The notes below the pieces were generated by a model that saw nothing but the letters and a program-made list of their open reading frames with translations, was not told the origin of the DNA and searched no databases. Made by a program: the position numbers and the translations under genes. Shown one piece after another: positions 1 through 11,140 of a stretch of DNA of 64,000 bases; the first letter of the stretch is position 1; each line of letters begins with the position of its first letter. The stretch is taken from positions 7,874,001-7,938,000 of the forward strand of contig OU015569.1 in the NCBI GenBank assembly GCA_907165135.1, written 5' to 3'. The stretch comes from Oikopleura dioica. Its lineage: Eukaryota > Animalia > Chordata.

Positions 1-685
1 AACTTCACCCACCTTAATGGAGCCTTGAGGGAGAAGCGAAGACCGCCAACTTTTCCGTGATTGTACAGAAAATTCAGAATAATAAGCCAGTCCATTCTTG
101 TGCGGTGGTTGGCGAGAATAAGAATCTTTTTATCTTTTGGTCGAAAAGTTTCTTAAAAAGAGGTCCTGACTTTGCATTAAACTAGTTTATCACCTCCGTA
201 ATGTTTGTAAGAACAATTGTGTAAACACCGAAGGCCAAGGACTACAATTTGATTCCAGGTGACTTGGACGAAGTTGAAAAAGAAAAATAGAAGCTTGGGC
301 GAAAGCAAAAGCAGGACAGCACACACATAGAAGGCGTAAGTGAAACTAAATAAGGAGAAACTCGAAAGACGTATGACGAGTGAAATAGTCTAAAATATTG
401 ATCGGGCAGAATGAGTCCGCCACTAAGAAGAACTTTCGGTTATCAAGTAGAACCTACTGTCCACATAATTAATAAAAGCAATAACTGGTAGAAAAGGAAA
501 TAATGCGGAAAGTGTACGGGGAAGAAGAAAACAACATACCCACTAATTCCAGTTAGTACTAGGACGGCGCTGAAGGTAGTTCCTTTTGCAAAATTAAGAA
601 TCTTCTGCGACCATGTCTGCTCGCCTGGGGCCATCACCAGTTTCGCATACTCCTTGTGCTCCATCTCTGCATACTTATCCGCCAT
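1..685 (-). CDS. LCLAT1: Lysocardiolipin acyltransferase (AGPAT family), multi-exon, 3' part runs off the window start
   Basis: A minus-strand exon near 1-150 reads KDKKILILANHRTRMDWLIILNFLY, the acyltransferase NHxxxxD motif matching LCLAT1 NHRTRMDW. The N-terminal TM segment (FAKGTTFSAVLVLTG) is in ORF 443-823. Likely ATG at 685 (MADKY). Confidence 0.85.
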
Positions 686-1259
686 TTTTATGTCGATTTT
701 ATATCGCTCGTTATCCTTTTCTCTACCCGGCGACTGAACCAGGGAGTTAATTGCCGTTTCGTTTGAGAAAATCAAATGAGCGATAAACGCCGTGATGCTC
801 AGCCACTGCCCTGTCGCACTCACCCTCTATTTTCGTCGTTCTTTTTTTCTGTGCAACGCGGCGCACACAGACGGTAAAAAGTCTTTTGTTTTCGTTCTAT
901 TTCGCCTTGCCTCGCCACGAATATCCGATTTTCATTGGTGCTTATTCTCTTCTTAAATCACAAATCTGATGATCATTTACGATTTTTTAAGTGAATTTGA
1001 CGCCCGCGGCTATTCAAAAGCAACAAAGTAGAACGATAAATTAACAGTTAAGTTCATCAAATCGACATTATGTTAGAGTCTGAGTTTATTTCAAAAACAT
1101 TTTTCTCTTTTCGCGGCGATTCTTTAATTATGACAAAAAAGAGAGGGTGCAATTTCAACACAGAAAAACTAAACGTGGCCACTCTCGCACATGGTCAGAC
1201 GTGCCCAAGGTCTTCGTTTTTTTTCCAAAAGACAAGACAAACAAAGAGGACGCGAGTCT

Positions 1260-1810
1260 GGGTGCGCGTCAATAGCTACGGTTTGGGGGGTTTGCGTCAC
1301 TGGTTACGGTTGCGTCAATAGCTACGGTGCGTCAATAGTTACGGTTAAAAATGAGTCATAGGGACCATAGCAATTGACACACAGTTTAGGGTGGGCATCA
1401 ACCTTGGTCGGGTTTGCCGGTAAATTAGAAAATTACAAGAATCTAAAGCTATCTAGGTCGGTCGGAAAGAGAATGTGGTGGTTTTTGGCTTACAAAAATG
1501 ATTCCAATACAAAAAATACCTTTTTTAGCCTTGATCCAATAAAAATTGTCCGACTATGTTACTTATTCCTTTTTTTGCAAGCGAAAAGCGACCACACTCT
1601 CGTTCGGACAGACCTAGATAGCTTCAGATTCTTGTTATTTTCTAAATTGCCGGCAAACCCGACCAAGGTTGATGCCAACCCTAAAGTGTGTGTCAATTGC
1701 TATGGTCCCTATGACTCATTTTTAACCGTAACTATTGACGCACCGTAGCTATTGACGCAACCGTAACCAGTGACGCAAACCCCCCAAACCGTAACTAATG
1801 ACGCGCACCC
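1260..1810. mobile_element. 551-bp foldback MITE, Mutator/MULE-like, long TIRs and 9-bp TSD
   Basis: Ends are GGGTGCGCGTCA...TGACGCGCACCC. The arms are inverted for roughly 240 bp and carry four tandem GCGTCAATAGyTACGGT-like units each. An exact direct repeat CGCGAGTCT flanks the element (1251-1259 and 1811-1819). Confidence 0.92.
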
Positions 1811-1988
1811 CGCGAGTCTGCTGAGCAATTTTAAAGTTGCGTCGTATATTGTTCTGGCTGACTTCTACAATTGATCATAAGATAGAGTATCAAAAATTTT
1901 CATTTATTCATTTAACTTCATCCTGATTCAGGATATTTCGCGTGAAAAGGCAGACAATTTGCGTTTTCATTTTGCGTCGCATGTTTTT

Positions 1989-2641
1989 TTAAACGCTGAA
2001 GGGAGCGAAACAGTGGATTCGATGGTAGTCAGGCTCTTTTCCAGGAACGGAAGAAAAGGCAAGATAGTTTCTGTCGTCGCCAACTCCGTTGATGCTTAAT
2101 TTCTTTTAAATCAACGCGTGGTTTGTAATGTTACCCATAACAGTTGAACTTATCGACTCCTTCTGGAATCATGTGATTTGGAATGCGAGCAGTGCTTGTC
2201 CAAGTCTTTCCACCATCTAAGATTTGCGAAGAGAAAGCAAATTCGAACTTCTCGTCGATATCAATTCCCTGTCTTGCCCCTTTGAATTTGAGCGCCAGGA
2301 AGTGCCCGTGCGGTCCAAACTCAAACTCAGAATATTCTTCTGTTTTTGAATTGAGAAAGAAAATTTCTGCTACTTCAAAGTCCCACAAGCCTTTTTCGGG
2401 TTCGCTAGTATCGTTTTTTGTTGATGTCTACTTCAAACCCTACCCATCAAATATCCCGGCTCTTTGGGCGGCGCTGGATCGTTGAAAAAATCTGCCGTTA
2501 CTCGAACATTGGTAAACTCATCGTCCGTGGAAATTTCGAAGTCGTACTTTCCTCGACCCTCTTCCCCGTTCCAAAGCTAAAAAGTCTCGCTCAAAGGAGG
2601 ACAAGCTCCTTTAAACTGACCTTTGTAACAGAGATTTTCAT
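1989..2641 (-). CDS. C4orf33: UPF0462 protein C4orf33 homolog
   Basis: Spliced reading ...ADFFNDPAPPKEPG..GLWDFEVAEIFFLNSKTEEYSEFEFGPHGHFLAL...VDKFNCYGINGVGDDRNYLAFSSVPGKEPDYHRI follows the family (LWDYEVVEAFFLN..YLEVELCPHGQHL..PDFH). Confidence 0.85.
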
Positions 2642-3047
2642 TTTTCGGGTAGCTGCTCTAGAAGTCTATCTCTTGAAATGCTCGTACAATAATTATATTT
2701 TTAAATGTTTGATGACGTGGCCCCTGCAAATAAAACCATCATTGCGACGAGTCATGGTTTCCTCGGTAAAACGCCCTCAAGGAGGCAAAAGAGGCTCTCA
2801 TTGTGATATCGCCGGTTTTTCACTTTATCCATAATATATATTTGAGAACTAGTCCACTTTGAAAGTTGAATTACCGACAGAAAAGGTGAATATGCTTTGA
2901 AGAAAAGAGCGATTGGTTGGTACAGTGAACACAGAAATGGTGGCAAAAGAATTTCTTTACTTAGTTTCGTTAAAAAGAAAATTATGGCTTGTTATACATT
3001 TTCCAACCATAAAATACTTTGAAGGAGCCCATAAAATTATTGCATTG

Positions 3048-4442
3048 TTAGTTTGGCAAGGCTTCTTCATCAGAGTCCATTAGTCTACTGTCGTTCTCAG
3101 CAAGAGGTTCATTGACCTAAAGATTGGATAGAGTGGGTCGAATTAAATAAGTTACCTGGACATTGTGATATTGAGCATATCCTCTATAACGCGAACTAAA
3201 ATTGTGGACGACATCTTGGAAAATATCTTTTGGATTCATTGTGTCTTGGACTGAGACTAAATAATTATGTCGAGATTAGCTATGGGTCAGTTTTTTACCA
3301 AATAATTGTTTAACGTCTTTGCCAGTCATCGAGTCAAGTGGGGATGCATCTACAGCTTCTTTGGTGTAAGGCGCAACCGGAAACGCACGAAGAACAAGAA
3401 TCGCCGCTGGAACACACTCGATCGCAATGAGAATACCTTGCAGTGAGCCAGGAGTGTCAATTGCTCCAGCTTGAGACAGAATAGCAATTAGCAAATTCTG
3501 CCAGTACGATACAAGAATTATGCCTAAGTTCTTGTGAATGGAATGACGAAGAGCTTTATTTACCTTTGACGGAAACGAATTTCATCACAGGATTGTGAGG
3601 CTCAAGAAGCTTTTTCGTGCAGATGTAGAAAAGCGCTAGGCCGTACAAAGCAAAGGAGATAGAAACGCTGAAGTCGGTCAAAAATAGTGATTAGACTTAA
3701 AAGCACCAGATTGTTCGTTTAAGATGTAGTATTTTAGTGACCGAAATTATAGACAAGCGTAACGAAAAGAGGCGCGGCATGGAGTTGGTAAGGGGCCTCT
3801 AAAGGGTAAACATCCAACTTGTACATCAGAACTTCAAGAGTAGAAACAACAGGCCGAATAATGCAGAACTAGGAATCCAATCAGTGGCTTTACTATAGGC
3901 CATAGCGGAAACACTACCTGTAGAGCACATTGCTTACTGAAGCGCAGAATTTGACCAGAAAAAGGAATCCCAGACAAACAGCAAGTCCAGGTCAACCAAG
4001 TTCCGTAAATGGGGGTGCCATTCAAAGCATTACAAATCTGACCTTCGCCGCCAAGATAAGAGTAAAGGAGCGTTAAAAAAGAATAGATAACCATCGCCTA
4101 AAATATCTTTTCTATCAGAAGACGAGAAACGCTTACTTCCGCCATGTCTCGGATGGCAGCTTGAACGAGAGAGTAACTTGGAGCAGAGAAAGCAATTGCA
4201 CTAGTAAGGGCGTAGATCGGTATGACAGCAGCGATTCGTACAATAAGCCTCTGCTCGGAGGGCTTGTTGTATTGTCTTAGATGACTGAGAGCTTATTAGA
4301 GATCAGAAAACAAATTGGAAAGATACCTCAAAATATGAAAAAGAGAAATAAGCATCGTAAGACACGCGCTAATCCATACGGTGAGGTGTTCCCATCCCGA
4401 CGGAAGATGAAGTTCCGATCCGATTTCTGTCAAGTTCGTCAT
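3048..4442 (-). CDS. TMEM184: TMEM184/OST-alpha family transporter
   Basis: Exons encode HLRQYNKPSEQRLIVRIAAVIPIY, VIYSFLTLLYSYLGGE..TCCL..LRFSKQCALQ|FCIIRP and LIAIEC. ATG at 4442 follows a TTTCAG acceptor. Confidence 0.9.
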
Positions 4443-4485
4443 AACGACAACTGGTGCATTCTATGGAATTCCAAATTACTGAAAG

Positions 4486-5635
4486 TTAATCGAGGCTACA
4501 TGGTTTCACAGTCTCAAGGTGCAAAGTATTAATAAATAATTTTAATTGATCGAAGTATCCAGCAGTCGTCCACGTTGTATTATGATTACCACGCAGCTTG
4601 ACATATTTTTTCTTCGGCGCCTTGCAAAGAGAAAAGAGTTGATCCATCATCTGCGGGGGCACGAGGTCGTCTGAGTTTTAATCATTAAAAATTATGTGAC
4701 GAGATGCCTACCGTCACGGCCTGAGATAAGAAGAATCGGAATGGTGATTTTTTCAATTTTCTCTATGCTGAGAAATTTATTCTGAGAGAAATATTGAATT
4801 TACTGTCGCATTAATCCCGTTTTACCTTGACAGCAAACATCGGTAATAGCTTTATGACCGGTGATAGAAAGGGAAAGACTGACATGCCGATAAGTGGGAC
4901 TGATGTGAACGTATTTTCCACAATACAAGCTTTGATGTGTTCATTTTCTGGGCGTGTGGCAAGTTCAATCACCACAGCGCCGCCTAGCGATCTTCCAAAT
5001 AATATGACATCCCCACGTAGATCAGATCGGCTCGTGACATAGTCGATCGCTCCCTGAACTTGTATGTAAAGCTCATCTGGAAAAAAAGCAAGAATAACCT
5101 GGGAATCGGCGTAAAGATTGCTCTCGCTGGGTCTCCCGCGACTTGCGCCGTAGCCTGAGTAGTCGAAGACAAATATATTCACTTTCAACAAGGAACGCAT
5201 AACTTCAGCGATCTGTCCCCTGTTCGAGCAGTTGCCAGCATTGCCATGACAGAAGACGATGGTCGGACAGTTGCCCGACTCGCATTTGAGAAGAATTCCA
5301 TTAAGCCTCTGGCGGGGGCCGAAATTTACAACTTCATGAGGTGAATTTGGCTTTGGATGATAGTTTCTTGCCTACAAACTTAAAATGTTGTTGTTTCGAG
5401 AAATTTCATACTTGACTTGGAAAATTAGCTTGATAGAGAAGTGCGTCTTGAAGAGAATACAGAAAGAGAAAGACCCCAACGAAACTCAGGATAATAAAGA
5501 GGATGTGCGAAGTTTGAATATAAGCAGCAGACGATATCTAGATGGAACAAAATAAAACGATATTCTTTTCAAACTTACCAAAATAATGAAGGGGGCGAAA
5601 TTCGTGGGCAAAGCATATTCCCAAGAAAAATTCAT
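4486..5635 (-). CDS. ABHD13: Alpha/beta hydrolase ABHD13
   Basis: HGNAG, DYSGYGASRG, GRSLGG nucleophile elbow, VENTFTS, NKFLS, SGRDDLVPPQMM and GNHNTTW (catalytic Ser/Asp/His region). N-terminal TM ending LQDALLYQ. Confidence 0.9.
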
Positions 5636-5780
5636 CCGCATCACATCATCTTAATTTAACTAGTTTTAATTTGTAGAACGTGAATGAAAAATATCTCCAT
5701 TGATAAAGTATTATTTACAATGAGTTTGTTACAACAAATGGCAGTATGTTGGCGAAGTTGATCAGCTGTTTTAGAAAATT

Positions 5781-7396
5781 TTACGAGCTTTCTTTCGCTT
5801 CTTTTCTTCGTTTCTGGTGGAGTCTTTTCATACGCACTGAGTTCTTCTTTTTTCTTTCGTTCGTAACCGGGCAAGAATGCACCCTTTTATGGACAGTTTT
5901 AATTTCAACAAAGTTAATCACTTTACCGTAATCCATGAGAGTTTTTGAAGCCTTTGTAGCATTTAGGACAGTGCGCTTTGAATTTATTCGGATGCGTTGT
6001 CTTGTGCTTTTCTAACTCTTTGAGCGATTTGTACAGTTTACCGCAAACGTCACATGCAAGAGTTGCCGATTTGAACTTCGGGTCTTTGTGATCATCTATT
6101 CAACTGTGGTTCACAATTAAAACATGCTTGCTCCTACCTAAATGCTGCTTGAGATCGTCCAGTCTGTAGAAGGTACGCATGCATTTTGTGAACTCCTTGA
6201 AAGGACATGCGAGTCGTTTTTCCTCATGTTTGCGCATGTGCCTCTTGAGTGAATCCGAACGAGTAAAATCTTGTCTACAGATATTACATCTCAGCGGGCC
6301 ACAGTTCTTCTCGACTTCTGAGTTCGGATGTTCTTCCTTGAAGTGAAGAGTGGTCTCTTCCAAGTTGTCGAAAAGAAGGCTGCATCCTCTATGTGGACAA
6401 GGGAACTTCTTGAGCTCTGGATGCGCGGTCGTAAGATGATTTCGAAAGTCTACATATTTCTGGAAGATCTCGTTGCAATTTGGACATTCGAAGAGCTCGA
6501 TCAAACCCTTAATAACGTCGGTAAGAGTATTCTTCTTCTGCGAGCGCTGGAGGATTGTAGTAAGCTGGGGCATACCATGATGTCGAAACGACATTTCCTT
6601 GTCACATGGAAGTTTCTGATGAACGATTTTGTAGTGGCGATTTAGGTGGCCTACTTGTGTGAACGCCTTTTTGCATAACTCGCATTTGAAGTCTTTTATA
6701 TTTTGATGATCACGAGTCTTCATGTGTCGCTCAAGCAGATACGGATGTTTAAAAGTTTTTTGGCACGTTTCACAAGAGTATTCTTGATGAGATGTTTTCT
6801 GCGTTGGCATCTTACGTTGCTCGAAAATTCGCGAGCTCGCCATATCCATTTGTTGATAGTTTTGATAGTTGTTGTTGTCCATGTAGTAAACGTTGTATGG
6901 GTTCTCCATTTGGTTCATAAAGGAGTTTTGATTCGGGTCAGACTGCGGGTAGCATTGCGGGTGACACTGTTGAGAGGTGCTGTACTCGAAAAACTGAGAG
7001 TCATTACTTTGATTGAAGTTGTGGTTAGAATAAGACGGGTAGTTATAATCGTTTGGAGCATAAGTGGAGTTATAGTTGGCGTAGTAGTCATTGGGATATT
7101 GGTTCGTATACTGCTGATAATTGTATTCTGGGATAAAGTTGCCATCCCAACAAGCGTATTGACCTTGCTGATAATCTTCTTGGAGCAGATTGTAAAGCGA
7201 TTCGTCTTGAATAAACTGCGCTTGGTCAGGCTGGCAGTTCCATCCATTGGAAACCTTATAAAATCATCACAAGAAAACAGTCGCATTGACTTACTTGGGC
7301 ATTTTTTTCCTCTTCTACAAGCGATGTGAGAAAGCCATTATTTTGAGGCCCATTTATATGATAATTGCCAAAAGCATTGCCGTAGTCGTAATTCAT
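5781..7396 (-). CDS. C2H2 zinc-finger protein (about 8 fingers) with long Tyr/Asn/Gln-rich N-terminus, 4 exons
   Basis: ORF 6100-6918 has six CxxC...H fingers. Splicing (TTA G|gtagg...tag|AT GAT) adds CDVC..HKTTH and CPKC..H. An upstream in-frame exon MNYDYGNAFGNY... joins via CAA|gtaagt...ataag|GTT. Confidence 0.8.
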
Positions 7397-7504
7397 ATCA
7401 CATTCATCTCTAAATTACCAAGATTTAACAATTATTTTCTAGAAAAATATATATCTTTAGGGTGCGTAGAAAAGTATATGGCCCAATGCAAACTGGTACA
7501 GAAA

Positions 7505-8524
7505 TCAAGAGAAAAACCGCTTGTCCAAAAGGAGACCGATTTTTTCAGGCTTTTCGAATTTTATCTTACGAAGCTCTTCCGTCTCCTTCTTCATAAGTTT
7601 CATGTTGTTTCTTATGTCTCGAAGGTTTTGCTTGTCTTCATCGACGTGAAGCTGCTGCCAGTCGACAAGCTACATTGTCACAACGTTTTTTTTTTCTTTC
7701 AATTAATTAAAGCCTACTTTTCTTAGTTGATCTGTTTTTCGACATTCGTGAACGGAAGTAGGCATGCATTCAATAGCATCTGTAACCGCTTGCTTTTTGC
7801 GACCTTCTTCCAAATTGTGTTTTGTCCTCTTCGAATCATCCTTCGACGTTTCTATTTGCTTCACAATAAAATGATTCATTGCTTTGGTGTTGTAGGATTG
7901 ATCGTCAATTTTACTCAGTAGCGATTCGATGGCAGCTTTCTGATCATTAGATCCTAAGGAGCGGAAGTTCTGCCACTTTTTGATGTCTTTGCGAATCCTC
8001 AAAGTATGCAGTTTTAAATTCTTTTATAAATATAGAATGCCTACTGTGCATTGCGGAGTTCTGCTTCACGTAATCGACCGAGCTTCTCCTCGATTTCACG
8101 TCTTCGTCGTTCATTTGCATCCCGAAGGTTATTTTTTCGACCGATAACACAGCCTTTAAGGCTATCAAGAGCTCCCGATCTACATTATACCTAATAAAAT
8201 CAACAATAATCAATGAACCTTACCTTTCATCGTCTGAAACATGAAGCCTTTTTAGCAACTTTGTCACCTTGCAGTCTCTTTCGGCTTGCGCCTCAGATCG
8301 AGCATCTTCCAATGTATCCAGCTGCTTTTGAAAGTCGTTGCACTGGTTTTCCGCCGACATTAATGCTTTTTCGCGAAGGCCTAAAAAGAAGAATTATCAA
8401 CTTATGTTAAACTTAGCTTACTTATTCGGACAGCAAGAAAATCGGTTCTTTCATTGCCTGTCTTTTTGCCGCCACCTTTTCCTTTTCCGCTCCCTTTACC
8501 CTTCCCTTTGCCCTTTTTCGCCAT
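7505..8524 (-). CDS. Coiled-coil protein, CCDC83/CCDC166 (DUF4515)-like; 3' end approximate
   Basis: Starts MAKKGKGKGKGSGKGKGGGKK. The segment KWQNFRSLGSNDQKAAIESLLSKID...RKKQAVTDAIECMP..ECRKTDQL aligns by eye to CCDC83 [25 protein letters not shown]...QKKEWATQNAVKLID..EIWENDWL. Confidence 0.55.
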
Positions 8525-8580
8525 TCTAAATCGATTTTTTGAGAAGATCTATTCACAAGATGATAGCAATCATGTTGTTT

Positions 8581-10793
8581 TTACATAAGTTTTAGAGCTT
8601 TTTCAACAGAATCACTCAGTTTCGTTTCGAACTTGTCTTTTCTCTTCAAAATCTTCTTGTCCATTTTCTGTCGCTGTCGAAGATCAGTCGGTGCTTTACT
8701 GGTCGAGACGCCGCCAAACTTAACAGTCTTTTTTTCTGGGAAATCCACAGCCATATCTTCTTCCATATCTTCTTCCTCCATATCTTCTTCCTCCATCTCT
8801 TCACCTTCGCTCTCAGAATCGTCTTCTAATTCTTCGTCATTATCATCATCAGGATCCATTTCTAAATAGAAACTCCGTACTAGCCTAATGAAACTGGGGT
8901 GTTACCTTCTAGCTCGGTAAAGCCATCATTGCTCAAGGCAATGCCCTTGCCGGAAGTTGGCGCATTAATATCATTCGATTCCATCCAGTCGTCCAAACCA
9001 TCAAGCTTGAATTCCTCACTAAAATGAGTATTCATAAAAGAAACACATTGAAACGCTACCTCATTGTAGAAACTAGTTTAGCATCTAGGAATTCGGGGAC
9101 AGTTTGTTCCTCGGCAGTGGCAGTTTTTGGTGGCTTCGTGTAAAACGAGAACTTTCCTCTCTGGCAGTCTTGTAGAATTTGACGCGCAGATTTTTCGCAG
9201 TCAGGAATGCCACCTTTCTTCACAAGTCCGCGTTTCATCGCGAGCTGCGCCAAGAAAGAACGCCCGTTATCAGTGTGATTCGTTGAGTAGTGCAGAGCTA
9301 AGGCGACTTTATCGCATCTGTTGAGCAAGGCAAGGGCACCATCGACAGGATCGGCGAGTGCTGATGCTGAGAGAGCTCCTCGTAGAGCTTGCTTTTCAGC
9401 TAAAACATAACATTTCTATTTCATTCGTTTTTGGTAAGAATCATCGAATTTTCATAGGATCCATTCGCTTACCAGATCCTCCAAAAAGGACACCGGGTGA
9501 GTCGAGAAGCTTCACTGCTTTGTCAATGTGGACTTCCTGCGTGTCACGGGTGGATCCCGCTGTGGCTGATACTTGACAGACACGTGATCGTGCAAGAGTA
9601 TTGATAATAGAGCTCTTTCCAACGTTCGGGAAACCAACAACAGCAGCTGTCACTCCAGTTTTCATTCCTTTGGTTCTAATAACTTTTGAAATATCGTTAA
9701 ATATTAAACGCGTACTTAGCGAATGCCCCGAGGAGCTTCGTGAGTTGGTCAGCTCCGTAAGCAGTGGATCCTGATGCACTCTGACCCCTTCCTAGGTTCT
9801 GGCGCTGTTTTTGTGTAGATGCTTTGAAGGCGACAGTTGGCAATTGCTTTCTTAAAACGTCGAGCCAGCCTTTCACCACTGGTTTAGGAACGAGATCGAC
9901 TTTATTGAGGACGAGCACGATTCTTTTTCCATTGGCAAGCGCCTGCGACTCAAGCTGTGGACATCTACATCCGATGGGATCTCGAGCGTCAAGAACCTCC
10001 AAAATAACATCCGCGTTTGTTGTTACATACTTCAGTTCACGCCTAAACCACGCAGCTTTTTTCTTGTCTTGTTCATATGCTTCTGCTTTTACTTGGTCCC
10101 TTACTGCCTATAAGAAGCGTTTAGATCGTATAAATAATTGAGAATCGCGAAAGCCCGTAGGCTTTCCGGTTTGTAATTTTGCTCCGTCTTAGAGCGCATC
10201 AGACATCTAAGGAAGTTTTCCGCACATGAACGCACCCGTGCGAGGGGTGAATTATTCGCGTGGAAACTGCGAATGTGGGATCCGTCATCACTGCTAGTGT
10301 CGATGCCCGAACGATCTGTCCATGATTCCGGAGAATCGGTGGAGAGAAGGCAGGGTTTCGACAATTATATCCAGCGGAAAATCCCCATGTTCCCAATCGA
10401 ATATCATGATTATGGTTACTTACTTGTTTCTTGTTATAAGTAGTTTGGGCGTTTTGAACATCCTTCATCAGTGATGCAATTGTATCGGCCTTTGCCTTTC
10501 CTTTCTTCACCTTTCGTCGCTCTTTCTAAGAAACTTTTGACTGTCTAGAAGGAATATAATGAACTCACTCTCTCCAAAACTTTCTGCCGCTTTTGCTCCT
10601 GGAAAGCGATCGCGTCCTGCAAGATTTGGTCCTTGAAGGGTGCTGAGTTGGGCACATGCTGTTTCTTAGTTTTAGCGTGTTCTCGCTCATACTTTCGCTG
10701 CTTGCGATTGTGGTCGCGAACCTTCTTTTTGACCTTCTCTCGCAGACGAACGCTTGTCCGTTTCGATTTAGACTGAAGACCAGGGCGCTTCAT
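8581..10793 (-). CDS. GNL3: Nucleostemin / GNL3(-like) circularly permuted GTPase
   Basis: Grn1 N-terminus MKRPGLQSKSKRTSVRLREKVKKKVRDHNRK; EVLDARDPIGCRC; VLNKVDLVP; VVGFPNVGKSSIIN; LLDSPG; GGIPD; acidic tail. Confidence 0.95.
10196..10294 (-). ncRNA. SNORD14: U14 (SNORD14) box C/D snoRNA in a GNL3 intron
   Basis: Minus strand reads gcaGTGATGAcggatcccaCATTCGCAGTTTCCAC...CTTCCTTAGATGTCTGAtgc: box C, U14 domain A, domain B, box D and a 3-bp terminal stem. Both antisense elements match the known U14 sequence. Confidence 0.95.
10295..10415 (-). ncRNA. Candidate H/ACA snoRNA immediately upstream of U14 in the same intron
   Basis: Hairpin, then ATATAA (H box, 10365-10370), then hairpin (tcca..gattc-tccg-gaatc..tgga), then ACA (10298-10300) plus 3 nt; 121 nt in total. 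Folded by eye only. Confidence 0.35.
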
Positions 10794-11140
10794 ACTGTTC
10801 TAATAATATAGACGTGGTTGATGGAGGAGACCATATTTATTATTACTAGTTTTTTTTTAGTTCGTTTCCGTTAGAAAAAGTACCGGGTGTAGGGACCGTT
10901 GCATGTTGCAAGGCAAGATGTGAAATTTAGAGTCACGAAATAACACTTTTGAACTTCCTTAAAAATAGTGACAGTGAGAGAGCTTTTTTAGCAGTGAGAG
11001 AAGTAATTTTTACTTTGAAGTTTATAGTTTTTTCCTGACGTGTTTCTTTTCTCCGTTCTTCTGGTGTAGCTCGACAGCTGTAAATATTATAAGTAGTTAG
11101 CGAATCAACAAATAATTGACCCATACGTTTAGGGGCGTTC

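Noticed and set aside
1347-1357. AAAAATGAGTC shared by the MULE-like MITE and the hAT MITE (46061-46071)
   Set aside because: An 11-mer that is mostly A; compatible with chance without genome-wide counts.
1374-1748. 124-aa plus-strand ORF
   Set aside because: Lies entirely inside the foldback MITE and shows no transposase similarity.
6328-7726. Plus-strand ORFs (105, 208 and 146 aa) and the Thr-rich minus ORF 6915-7286
   Set aside because: Antisense or alternative-frame shadows of the Y/N/Q-rich ZNF exons and the CCDC83-like gene; the spliced ZNF frame explains the sequence.
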